From Octopus vulgaris (lineage: Eukaryota): a stretch of DNA of 64,000 bases. Below, in pieces: positions 12,964 to 26,157 of this stretch. The notes under the pieces are model-generated. The model saw only the letters and a program-made list of their open reading frames with translations. It made no database searches and was not told the origin of the DNA. The stretch covers positions 18,042,001-18,106,000 of the forward strand of contig OX597818.1 of the NCBI GenBank assembly GCA_951406725.2, written 5' to 3'. Position numbers and translations under genes: made by a program. How positions within the stretch are numbered: position 1 is the stretch's first letter; the number at the start of each line of letters is the position of its first letter.

Positions 12964-14035
12964 AATACGCGCGAAGGTTGAAAAAGGATGATAGAGCGAG
13001 ACTTGGTCGGGCAGAGTTAATAGAGGAGAAATTAGATACAATAGTTAGATAGATAAATAACAACAGATAGGAAAACATGTATGATTGGTCGAGAAGTGAA
13101 GTGAAGTGAAAATAAATAAAAATAAAATAAGCATTCAAACTTAGCTGTGCTCGAGATTATAGCCGCTAGGTGAATGAATGAGAGAGCAGATGTTGTTGCC
13201 TTAAGTAAAGAAATTGACCGGAAAGGAATTTTTGGACAAGGCGGAAGTGTATTAAGGGAACAAGGCTTTAAAGATGGCGGAGATCGATAGACAAATACGC
13301 GCGAAGGTTGAAAAAGGAAACCAGACGTATCTATATGCAAAACTGAAACCAAAAGCCACTGTATAAATAATAATGAGTCTGTTTTGTTTACAAAGATTGT
13401 GTAACATGTCAAGACATGTCAAAAGTCCAGAGATGCTTTAACAGTGGATTGCAAGGAAGCAGCATCGTTAATAAGGCCACAGTTTACAAACCAGTGAGTG
13501 AAAATTGAATTCATTCACACAAACACATAGACACACAAACCCAGGAAGACATGGAATGAAGTGATGAGAAAGGGTCTTTGGATGCTGGGCCTCACTGAGG
13601 AAATGACATGGGACCAAGAGATGTGGTGATTTGCTGTACTTGGTGAAGTGAAGTGAAAATAAATAAAAATAAAAATAAAAATAATAAAATAAGCATTCAA
13701 ACTTAGCTGTGCTCGAGATTATAGCCGCTAGGTGAATGAATGAGAGAGCAGATGTTGTTGCCTTAAGTAAAGAAATTGACCGGAAAGGAATTTTTGGACA
13801 AGGCGGAAGTGTATTAAGGGAACAAGGCTTTAAAGATGGCGGAGATCGATAGGACAAATCGCAGCCATAGAAACCATACAACAGATATACTTTGGACATA
13901 TACATGTCAAACTATATATATAAATATATATACATGATATATGATATATATTCAAAATATAAATATGTATATAACATGTATATAACATGTATATATATAT
14001 ATATATATACATGTATATATATATACATATATAGA

Positions 14036-14066
<31 letters not shown>

Positions 14067-14077
14067 GTATATATATG

Positions 14078-14122
<45 letters not shown>

Positions 14123-14760
14123 GTGTGTATGTATGTATATGTACACACACACGCACGCACACGTATGTACTCTGATAGCAAGTATGTTATATGTATGTTT
14201 ACAACATGGTATAAAACTTAGTAATGGATTAATTCACATCAGGACTGACCTTACTTGTTTTTTCTTTATATCCCAGTTATGGTGAAAACATCAACATTAC
14301 ATTTTTGGCTACTTTTTCCAGCTTGCATGGGTCAGTTGAGAGTATATGGGGGGGCAGAGGTCGCTATGGTAAGATGCCCTCCTTGTTGCCAACCCTTACT
14401 TCTTTCAAAATGAGGTAGTCTATCAAACAACAAGCAAACCAGACGTATCTATATGCAAAACTGAAACCAAAAGCCACTGTATAAATAATAATGAGTCTGT
14501 TTTGTTTACAAAGATTGTGTAACATGTCAAGACATGTCAAAAGTCCAGAGATGCTTTAACAGTGGATTGCAAGGAAGCAGCATCGTTAATAAGGCCACAG
14601 TTTACAAACCAGTGAGTGAAAATTGAATTCATTCACACAAACACATAGACACACAAACCCAGGAAGACATGGAATGAAGTGATGAGAAAGGGTCTTTGGA
14701 TGCTGGGCCTCACTGAGGAAATGACATGGGACCAAGAGATGTGGTGATTTGCTGTACTTG
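12964..14760 (+). repeat. mosaic of near-identical direct duplications
   Basis: 12964-12988 = 13294-13318. 13096-13290 ~ 13643-13852. 13318-13642 = 14436-14760 (325 bp). Confidence 0.92.
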
Positions 14761-16759
14761 ATAAGGCACGTCAAGCTAAGTAAAATCGCTGTCTTCCACA
14801 CATACAGGCTTGTCCTTTCAGGGGCCAGCGCCACTTAAAAAGAACTTGTGCCAGTGTTGCATTGACATGTAAAAAGCACCCAGCACTCTGTTAAGTGGTG
14901 GGCGTTAGGAAGGACATCCAGCCATAGAAACCATGCCACAACAGACAGTTGGACTTTGGACAGCTCCCTACCAGCCAGCTGCATGTCAAACTATCCAATC
15001 CATGCTAGCATGGAGAGCAGATATCAAACAATGATAATGATGACAGAAATAGAGATTCAAAAGAATGAAACAGAGCTCACAGTAAACTCTGTCTGTTGCA
15101 CTGCTATCAAGGAAAGCAGTGGTTAAGGATAAGGTTTACCTTCATCATCATTCTGAACTTTGATGTACACTTGCCATATGTTCTGATGGAGTAATTTGTT
15201 CATTATGTTTCAACAAAATTCTATTTATATACGTACATCTATATGTATATTTATGTGCACTGGTTAATTTAACTGGACACAGATTATGAAACAGCTGTCA
15301 ATAAATGGAATAAGCATTTCTTCTCTCCTCTTATTTTGTGTATGTGTGTGTGTATACATATACACCTACATGTGTACATACACATTTATTGACACACATA
15401 CATGATGGTGGTCTACGTGTTAGATGAACATGACCATCTCTGACAGGAGTATCAGTTATGCCCATGCAAGAGTTTTAAGTCAAGTGCAGCTTGCACAACA
15501 CCACAGCAAGTCTCACTAGCAATACCAAGAAGCCCAGAGACAAGCGAAGTACAAGATATTCAGCTCAATAGATCAGCAGGTTATATATGAGTTAGCCTTC
15601 TCCTAGAGTGATGCCTTCACAAAGATCAGGGGTCCCTCATTCTCAGTGGGCTTACTGCACCCTCAGACACTAACCTGAGTATTTCTATACACATACATAC
15701 ACTTACAGAAATTATGAAGTATGGTTATAAATTTTAGGATATGGTCTGTCATATCACCTTCACAGAAATGGATAAATCTTAAGAATTTAAAACTACTTTT
15801 TCTTCTGAGCCTACTCAGCATTTAAGCTAAAATAAAGTAATTGACAATTTGAAAAACTATAGCCCAAGTATAATCATGATACAAAGATACTATGCATGTG
15901 CATGCATGCATGTATGCATGGGTCCATGAGTACACACAACACTAGAAGCTCTTAAGAAGTGTGGGGTGGAATTTTTCTCTGTGAATGTGTTTGTGTATAT
16001 TTTCTTTGATTATCTATCTAAATCAGCCTTCACTACCACCATTACAGCCTCCACTATCTATCATCAATACCAATACAACAACCAGCAATATCAAAACCAA
16101 TACAACTGCCACCATTTTCAACTCACTAACTCCTTAGTAACCATCAGTAGGCAACAATAACATGAAAAAGATAAGCAGCTCCATCTAAAATAAATACAAT
16201 CATGAGATAATGTGAAACCCTATTGTATTTTAGAAGTTGATTGAAATCATTTTCATCTTAGGTCAATTAGGATTGATTTGAGACTAAATAATATGTTAAA
16301 CAAGGAAAATATTACACTTCCACCACTAACAATACCACCCACCACTTGCACCAACTCTCCAGCTTTTGAACAACAATAACAATGTCAGCAATATCTGTAG
16401 CAACATATGTTGTATGTTAACACAACAGGACAGGGGTGCATATACATGTGTGTAATTAGATTGTGGAGATTTTATGACCAAATCAGGAGTGCAACAAGCC
16501 AAGTACCTATGAATCTGGTAACCGTTCAACTAACTGTAATCATGCTGTACTTCCTTCCACCTCACTCCCCCTTTCATCTTCTCATTTCCAATCTTGGATC
16601 TATAGGAATAAGACAATGTTTTATGCTCACACAAAACAGCTCTTTGTGCTACTTTGTTGTGGATAATTGTTAATTGACACTGCTGTTGGATTTACCTATA
16701 TAATTCAAGAATTCTAGAAAGAAGCCACTAACTGAAGTTAGTAGGGTGAAAATTAACCT

Positions 16760-17820
16760 AAAAGGCTTATACTGGATAGTAAACTTGGTGTTTTAGGAAG
16801 GCTTGTTGCAAGAGAAAAAAGAAATCAGCTACATTGATAAAATAAAGCTTGTAATGTCTACAGTGAGAACAATATGTGACAATCAAGAGAAAATTGAGTC
16901 AGGTGCTCAAGAGTAATTCCAGATCTTATTATATACTGTAATGGGATACTACAGATGGAACAACACTTGAGATCAAGGCTCAGCTTCAACATAATGTGCT
17001 GATAAGTACCATGGTAATTAAAAAGAGACAAAAGTTTGCATGTGAATTTTAAGAAAAAAGAAAATGAAACTTTTGATGAAAAACCTTTTCTGGCTAGTAA
17101 AGGATGGTTTGAAAGGTTTAAGAAGTGCTTGATTTTGTACAAGATAAAAATGACTGATGAAGCTATCAGTGCTAATACAGATCCTGCTACTGATTATGCT
17201 GTCCAGCTGACAAAAGAAAAAAAAGTGTTTCTAAATGGGACTACAAACTAGAGGAGCTTATACCTGCTAGATTTTTATTTCATGAGAGGAAAAATCCACA
17301 CCTGAGTTTAAAACTCCCCAAATCCATCTGACACATTTTTTTTCTGAGAGAAAATGCCATTGATGTTATGAAATTGAAGCCCCTGCTCATGCATCAGCTC
17401 TGAAAATTCAAGAGATTTCAAAGTCAACACAGAGTTTAATTTCTTTTGATTTGGTGTTCGATTAAGAATGCATATAACTTAGAGCCTTTCCAAAGAGGTG
17501 TTTACAAACTTTTTTTTTGTCTTGCTGTAGAAATGTAGTGTCAGACAGGATATTTTCAACAAAGCACTAATTTTTTTAGACAATGCATTAAGCTACGCAA
17601 TGAACTTAAATGAGTTCTCTGATAATGCAAGAGTAGAATCTATCACCCCAAATACTTCTTTTCTCCTGCCTATGAATCAACTTCAAGGCATATCATCTGA
17701 GAACTTTCAAACAATTCACGAAAATAATTATCAAAGAGGATAAACCTATAGTTAGATATCTGGAAGATGTTCAACATAATGGATGTTGTAATTAACATAG
17801 GTGCATTATAAAATGAAGTG
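16760..17820 (+). pseudogene. Tigger/pogo (CENP-B-like) transposase remnant
   Basis: FLASKGWFERFKK..YKIKMTDEAISA (HTH_Tnp_Tc5-type motif). Downstream FLDNA and LLPMNQ are decayed DDE_1 motifs. Confidence 0.85.
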
Positions 17821-17830
17821 AAACTTTTGA

Positions 17831-18042
17831 CTCTTTAGCATTTGAACTGGCCATATCCGGCCCAAATATTCTAATTGTTCAAACTGGCCAGATCCAGCAT
17901 CTCACACCTATCCTACAATGTCATTCGGAAAATATACTATCACATCATTGAGATCTCAAAGTTATGAGATAACACATGATTAATTCAAAACCATGTGAAT
18001 AAATCAGCATTACATTTACAGAGTAATCTGAATGCTAAAGAG
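17831..18042 (+). mobile_element. piggyBac-type TTAA MITE (same family as 5914-6353)
   Basis: CTCTTTAGCATT...AATGCTAAAGAG with TTGA/TTAA flanks; internal homology. Confidence 0.85.
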
Positions 18043-18104
18043 TTAACATTCAATGGTGAATGTAAATCTAATATAATAATAAGTGTAGTGTTTTTATATA
18101 TTTG

Positions 18105-18135
<31 letters not shown>

Positions 18136-18689
18136 AAAATCATGCAGGATGGTGTAGAAGAAATTAACTTCTACATGATTAACATAATTTTCTGGGATTT
18201 TTTCCTATTTTTTCCCTCCTTTTTCAGCTCATGGAGGAGGGGGAATTTGTAAAATACTGTTCTGTGAAAGGAAAGCACCAAGTCACAAAAGGTTAAGAAC
18301 CACTGCTATAGAGGGACTGCGACTCAACAATATACACAAAGGAATCATTACCTGATTATAAAGTGCTATCACTATGACAAGACTAAATTATCAAATGCAA
18401 TGTTTCTCAGAGGAGGGCATGTGGAGATTGGGGAAAAGGGGGAAAAAAGCTGCTGTGTTTACTAAAATTAAAACGATTTAAGCTTTTTGAAGTTGTCTGA
18501 AAACCATGACAAAGAAAGAATTAAATAGATGCAAACTATCTTCTCATTAATCAAGAGAAGACAGCAAAATATACCACTAGCAGGAGAGCTGTTATTTTGA
18601 ACCCCACTGATCTGATGTGTACATCATTTTATAAAACAGTATAGCAGCTCAAGTGACTATGTACTCACTTTTTAAATGGTTGTGTAATA

Positions 18690-18837
18690 TATTTCTTTAT
18701 TGCCCACAAGGGGCTAAACATAGAGGGGACAAACAAGGACAGACAAAGGGATTAAGTCGATTACATCAACCCCTGTGCGAAACTGGTACTTTATTTATTG
18801 AACCCGAAAGGATGAAAGGTAAAGTCGACCTCGGCGG
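18690..18837 (-). mobile_element. 5'-truncated SINE family A
   Basis: Matches the 3' part of the 4623-4861 copy. 16-bp TSD AAATGGYTGTGTAATA (18674-18689, 18838-18853). Confidence 0.85.
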
Positions 18838-20272
18838 AAATGGCTGTGTAATAGCAATAGTAGTTATTGACTACTAGTGTTTCTTATTGGTGAGAGCCAT
18901 GGAGAGTATCTGAGGATAAAAAGGTGGGAAGACAATGCCACCATGCATACTATATTATTTGCAGAATGTGGATAATAAACCATCCAAAATGATTTTAAAA
19001 TTACCTAATCCTAGTACTCTGTACCGTTTCCATTATTTAGAGGAAACACTGAATTCACAGCATACAACTGCATTGTGACATGAAATTTTTATCCAAACTG
19101 GCCATGCTCTATTCAAACTTATTCTGAAACCAAAGAAGGAAGGATCACGTAACATTTAAGCACTCAACAAATGCCACTAAGAATTATAGATAATACCCCA
19201 CCACACACACACACATGTACTCTTACACGTACATGTATGCTGGTTCAATGGAAAAAAAGCACCAAGTACACTTGGTATAGAGATTAGCAACAGGAAGGGC
19301 ATCAAGCCTTAGAAACCTTGCCAAAACTGATATTAGAGACTAACTCATCCTTCATGCCAGTCAGATTCTGTTGAACTGTCTAACCCATGCCAGCATGGAA
19401 TTTGGACATTAAATGATGATGATAATAATAATGATGATGATATATAAATATGCACACACATATGAACATATGCAGATGCTTATATGCTTATGTTTATATG
19501 CAAGAGTGTTGGCTGTTTCTTTTGTCAACATTAACTACAACTTCAAATCCATTGGCCGCCACAAAGGAATATATATGACAAAGTCTTAAGTGAATCTTTT
19601 ATGCTCCATAGCAACACTAGAATCAGGAAGAATAGTTGCTGGTATTAATAAACAGTAACAAAGATGGTTGGGGCGGGGAAAGGAGTGTACAGAGGACAAC
19701 AATAAAAAGAAGGAAAAAGAAGGAAGAAATATTCTTAAAAAAAAATGAAGGAAATACAAGAACAAAAACAGAAGACTAGGAAAAACAAAAAAACAAAAAA
19801 AAAAAAACAGTAAAGAAGAGAAACATTAAAGGGATATTTAAAAATAAAGATTGATAATGTATGAAGTGGCAGTGGTGGTGGTGAAGAAAATATCAAAATA
19901 ATAATAAACAATGAAAAGAAAAGAAAAGATGAAATAAAAAGATATATCAAAAACAAAATGTACACCAGACACAAATATATACTTACATAGACACACATTT
20001 ATAAATATGCATATATATATATATATATATATATATGTAAATATATATATATATACATACATACATGAATAAATATGCATATTTACATATACACACACAT
20101 ATATATATATACATACATACATGAATAAATATGCATATCTACATATACACATATATATATATATACATACATGAATAAATATGCATATCTACATATACAC
20201 ATATATATATATATATACATACATGAATAAATATGCATATATACATATACACATATATATTTACAAATATAA

Positions 20273-20321
<49 letters not shown>

Positions 20322-20503
20322 CATATATACAAATGCAGATATGTGTTGCATATACGAATGTGTGTGTATGTGTGTGTGTATGCATACATACACGTGTATA
20401 TGCAGAAAATTGAAATAGTAGAATAAATCCACCTAAACTCAGTGCATTTACTTTCAATATGGTGTCTTTTGAAAGTGAAAAATGTCAGCTTATCTATTTG
20501 CAG

Positions 20504-20545
20504 CGGCCTCGTACTAGTCTTTCTGTATACAATGAAAAGCTTTAA
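20504..20545 (+). other. candidate terminal exon
   Basis: Unique CpG-retaining island. Acceptor TTATCTATTTGCAG; phase-0 frame RPRTSLSVYNEKL*; ATTTA motifs and AATAAA near 20678 downstream. Confidence 0.25.
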
Positions 20546-21685
20546 ACTTCCCACAGTCTGATTGCATCCATTAGTTGCTTTCACGTTGCTATGTTGTAGT
20601 GGCCCGTCTCCTTTTTTTTTGTATTTATTTGTATTTATTTTGGATTGTTTTTATGTAGTCTGCATGACAAATGAGTAAATAAACGTAATGTTATTTCAAA
20701 TTTTATAATATATATATATATATATATAAATAAAGTATATGTATTGTGTATATATACATATATATGTATATATTCACTCACATCTATATTTATGTATATA
20801 TATGTGTGTGTATTATATATATATATACACATAAATATAGATATAAGTTAATATATACATATATATGTATGTGTGTGTATACACACACACACACACACAC
20901 ACATGCATGCACACATTCAGATATACACATGTATGTCTATATGTGTGTACATACCTATATGTGCATGTGTGATTTTGAATGCTGGCAAGTCATCAAAGAA
21001 GTGAAAATATTGATGTCCTTCTCGATCGAAGCATCCGCTATTGATTTCTGTAATAGACATATTGCAAAACACTTGATGGGAATGGAGGCATAACAAATAA
21101 ATTAATTTTTTTAAATATTAGTAAAAATAATACTAATAAAAATAATACAGTGTATATATGTAATAACTACACACTCAGATAAAACTCTTAAATTACTTCT
21201 TCATTTGTCAATTCAAGGCATCAATGACAGGGCTCAATGTCTAGTTAGAAATTACCTCGAGCCCATGTCTTATGTCAATGTGAAATGAAATAATGAAAAT
21301 CATGACAATTTCCATTAAAAAAAAGTGTTTATTTTTATGCGGTTCCATGCGTACATTAATATTTGTGTGCATGTGGACAAACAAAAGTGGCATTCAACAC
21401 ATCTGGTATGAGTTGCATGTTTTTTAATAATAAACTTCTGTGTGTCTATATATATAAATAGATAGGGAGAATTCACAAAAAAAAAAACAAAAGACAAAGA
21501 CAGGTGGTATAGACAACAAACATGTATTAGTATAACACTCGGGAAGTGAAAAAGTCTTTAACATTTCGAGCCTACGCTCTTCCACAGAAAGAAACAAGGA
21601 GAGAAAATAAAGACACATCTATACATATACACACACATCTATACATATATATATATACATATATATATATTATACAAACACACAC

Positions 21686-21740
<55 letters not shown>

Positions 21741-22566
21741 TATATGTATATAAATACACATACACAAACATGCAAATAAGTCGGAGCATAGCTTAGCTGG
21801 CCAAAATATCGAAGTTAATACTAATCTTGTTAAAGAATAATAAATTTGTACTCTACAAAAGCATGGTGTAATTCTTCAGATTATTGCAAAATTGTTTTTA
21901 TTATAACTGAACATAAAACAATCATAATATTATATATACATTATGATGTGAATTGGCAGAATTATTAGCATGCCAGGCAAAATGCTTAACATTATTTTGT
22001 TCAATTTTAGGTTCTGAATACAAATTCCACCAAAGTGAACATTGCCTTTCATCCTTTCGGATGATAAAAAATACCAGTTGAGCACTGGGGGTCGATGTAA
22101 TCGATTTACTCCCTCCCTTAACTGCTGGTCTTGTGATACCATGTAAAAAGCGTCTGTGCCAACATCATGTAAAAGTACCCATGCCAGCACCTCATAGACA
22201 GTACCTTTATGGTATCGTGTAAAAATCGATTGTGCCAGTCCCATGCAAAGTTACCTAGTACACTCTGTAAAGTGGGTGGCATTAGGAAGGGCATCCACCT
22301 GTAGAAACCATGGTAAAACAGTAGACTGGGGCCTGGTACAGCCCTTCGACTTGTCACCCCCTATAAAACCAGCCAACCCATGCCAGCATGGAATACGGAT
22401 GTCAAATGATGATGATCAATATATATAATTCTTTATTCCCTATGCATTCTCAAACAGTTCCACCAAATCAAATCAAATTTTGTGGTACTAGTATTACACC
22501 CCACAAGTGTCAACATGTAATATTTATTTTCATTTGGATTAAAACAATACATTTCCTCAAAAATAA

Positions 22567-23882
22567 TCTTTCTATAGTCAGCTATAGAAAGGACATTTTG
22601 TACATCACCTTTTGTATATGAGTGAGTGTATGTGTTTGCATGTTTATTACATACAACATAGTAAAGGACATTTCACACCACCACCACGATGACACATTTT
22701 GTATATGAGAGTCTATGTGTCAATGAGTGTATGTATGTGTCTGCACATTCATTATGTACAGCATAGTAAAGGAGATTTTATACCATGATGACAACACATT
22801 TTTCATAAGAGTGTGTATGTGTCTGTCAGTGAGTGTATGTTTGTGCGTTCATTATGTACAACATAGTAATGGACATTTTATAGTACGATGACACATTTTG
22901 TTTATGAGTGTGCATGTGTCTGACAGTGCGTATGTATTTGCACATTCATTATCTATGACATAGTAAAGGACATTTTATACCACCACCACCACCACCACAG
23001 CACATTTTGTATATGAGTCTGTGAGTGTGTGTGCGTTTGCAAGTTTATTACATAAATGTGTGTCAATGTGAGACTATATATGTAATTGTCAATTACAGTG
23101 ATGTAAACTGGCTATGTGAAAGAGCTATACTGGCTCCAACTAATGAAATTGTTGATAAACTCAATCATGAACTTCAAAAGTTAACAGATACATCAGAAAT
23201 AACTTTTTCATCAATTCATACAACAGTTAATCAAGATCAGGCTGTGCAATACCCTGTCCAATTTCTTAACATACATAAATCCACTGTGATGCCACTGCAT
23301 AACTTGACACTAAAACTGGATGCTCCCATTACGTTGCTTAGGAATCTTGATCCACCTCGCCTGTGTAATGGTACTCAATTGTTACTTCCATGAAGCCCCT
23401 TGTCCTATAGGTAACACTTATAACAGGAAGTCACAAAGAAAATATTTTTATTCCAATATTTCTTCTTATACCTACAGATGTTCCATTTGAATTTAAGACG
23501 CTTCAGTTTCCAGTCAAACTAAGTTTTGGTATTTCAATTAACAAATTTCAGGGTCAATCCCTCAAGGTAGTTTGACTTCATCTCTCTACTACATGCTTCT
23601 CTCATGGCCAACTCTATGTTGGTTGTTCACGAGTTGGAAACAGCAACAATTTATTCATTCGAACACCAATGGAAAAATTAATACAATGAATAGTGTTTAC
23701 CCTGAGGTGCTTCAAGATTGATAGATTTTTCACTTCTAAATTCTATTATCATTACAATTTGGATATTTTAAAAATAAAATATAGATATTTTCAAATAATT
23801 ACAAAAAAAAATCTTCATACTTATTGTTTACTGATCTGAATAAGAACAGCAATAACCCTGGCAATCCCAGGAGTTTAGCTGG
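22567..23882 (+). mobile_element. internally deleted Helitron
   Basis: Putative A|TC start at 22567, ~100-bp internal tandem repeats (about 22590-23050), PIF1 fragment, 3' hairpin CCTGG-CAATC-CCAGG (23857-23871) and CTGG|T end. Confidence 0.8.
23091..23721 (+). pseudogene. Helitron PIF1-family helicase C-terminal fragment
   Basis: WLCERAILAPTN, LLRNLDPPRLCNGT, QFPVKLSFGISINKFQGQSL, FSHGQLYVGCSRV, VYPEVL; with stops and frameshifts. Confidence 0.93.
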
Positions 23883-24363
23883 TTATATATATTAAAATAA
23901 ATATGTATAATCTTCAACATCATTTAATGTCTGTTTTCCATGCTGGGTTGGGTTGGGTTGGGTATGGATGGTTTGACAGGATTTGGAAAGTTCTGCTATC
24001 TGCTTAGGGGAAATTATGGTCAACACAAGTCTAAATCATTTGTTCCTTACATATGTTTCACTGTGGTGGTTGGTTGAACCTTTGCATTGGATATTCCAAG
24101 TACAATTGGATGCTTAACTATAATGGATCATCACACCATCAGAGGGGAAGCAGTCTTACACCTAACTGTACATACAAGATGTATTTCATATATATATATT
24201 TATATACATATAAATATACATATACAGAAAAAATAGTTAAATAGTTACCAGGGTAGCAAAAAAATCACACAAGTAAAGGGGTAGAAACTTCAGGTTTACA
24301 TGGAATTTTTTGTATATATAAATAAATAAATGGAGTTTAACACAGGTATATTCAAATACTTTT

Positions 24364-24451
24364 ACTTCCGACACATGTTTCAAAGATTTCACTGATATTA
24401 TTCCAAAAGAATAAATTGTATAAAACAATGCAATCTTCTCTTCAGGGAAGT
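24364..24451 (-). ncRNA. type I hammerhead ribozyme motif (second family)
   Basis: Stem I ACTTCC/GGAAGT, core CTGAAGA, stem II GAAGATT-G-CATTG / CAGTG-A-AATCTTT, GAAA, self-complementary stem III ACATGTGT, GUC triplet. Element abuts a TA-rich tract near 24190-24225. Confidence 0.8.
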
Positions 24452-24696
24452 GAAGAAATGAAGCTCATCAATAAGACATTTTAACAGAAAATGATGGATA
24501 TGTATAGTGATTTACTGAACACTATTAATATTGTTTGAAAAAACATTATATGATATAACATCAGAAGTAGCCTATAGAAAGAGAAAGGAAATTTTTTTAG
24601 TGAATGTTAAATATAAAAAGAAAATTTAATGTTTAAATTATATACAATTATAGAGATTACTTATATGAACTAAAGGTGTGTTTTTGCCAATGTTTA

Positions 24697-25625
24697 CACT
24701 GGTATGCACGCTCTATAATCGTGTTTACTAGGGGATTTTTAGAAAAAATAATGAAAAATAGTTCAGAATTACAGAGAAGACAGAATGATAATAGGGGATT
24801 AAATAAGGGTTAACTCCCTTCCTCCGCTTTGTATTGGTGCATAAACTAGATTTCATAAACGATAATTCCTTTACAACTAGATTTCATATCTACATTATTG
24901 AAGTTAGAATAAGACTGAATGAATCAATGAAACCTGTAAAATATTTCTCAATGTGATGGCTCAATTAGCTTCATGAAAATGTATGACCTGTAAATACGTA
25001 ATAAATATTATTATTTGTAAAATATGTATAAGTGATACAGGGTGCCCCAACTGAATGTGGTGTGGAAGTTTGGTTTCATTTTTTAAGAATTTTAAGCATT
25101 CACAGTATGAGTTCATTGTATTGGGACACACTTATTAAATACATTCTGGAATCAAAAATATATAGACTGTCATTGAAAATCTTAACTGGAAAAATGCAGA
25201 ATTATCGGAGTTATGGGCATTGAAAATGTAAATGCCTCAAGAAAGTGCAATAATACGGTGAGTAGTGAAATGCAGAATTAGGTCAACTGATCATGAGAAT
25301 GAAATATTGATCCCTTCCCTTAAAACAAACAAGTGTAAGTGCAGGTGCTATGGGTTATTTCCCCTGAGTGTTTTTAAAAATATTGTGCATGTACTATGGG
25401 TTATTTCCCTTGGGTGTTTAAAAAAAATTAGCTATATACGGAAGGTATAAAGATCCTTCCAAGAGCCGTGTTATTGATTTTTTCAACAATCTAAGTATGT
25501 CACGAGGTTTCTAGACAGGAGTTCTACTCACGTTTCAAGTCTCATCAAAATCAATAAAACTATGTTGGAGGAGTTAGCTAACAATGCCACAAACAAACAC
25601 ACCGATTTTCCACATTTGTAGTAGA
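24697..25625 (-). mobile_element. probable non-autonomous Helitron
   Basis: Minus strand starts A|TCTACTAC followed by TGTTTGTTTG..AACTCCTCC..GATTTTGATGAGACTT, typical of Helitron 5' ends. The 3' end is uncertain. Confidence 0.45.
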
Positions 25626-25704
25626 TATATCATGTATTATACATATATATGTCATATATATATATTATATATTATACATGTATATGCTATATATATATAC
25701 TATG

Positions 25705-25754
<50 letters not shown>

Positions 25755-26109
25755 CATCTATATGTATTCTATATACCATATATATTTTTTCTTTTTCATT
25801 TCCACTATATATATACCATATATTATATATATATTACACACATACACACACATAGATATACATACTACATATAAATACATATCCATTTTATATTACATAT
25901 ATATATATATCTATATGTATATATATATATAAAATAAAAATAAAATATATAAAAAATAAACATTTATAAATATAAATTAAAAATTTTAAATTTAAATTTT
26001 GAATTTTATATTTTATATATTTTGTATATTATATACATTATATTTATTTTTATCATTTGGTTTATGTTTTTCACTGTTTGATTTGCCTAATAGTGGTTTT
26101 ATCTCTAAT

Positions 26110-26157
<48 letters not shown>

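Noticed and set aside
11376-14285. YI/IY/HT/CV-rich ORFs (also near 20 kb, 25.6 kb, 28 kb, 29.7 kb)
   Set aside because: Translations of (TA)n/(CA)n microsatellites that lack stops; no coding signal.
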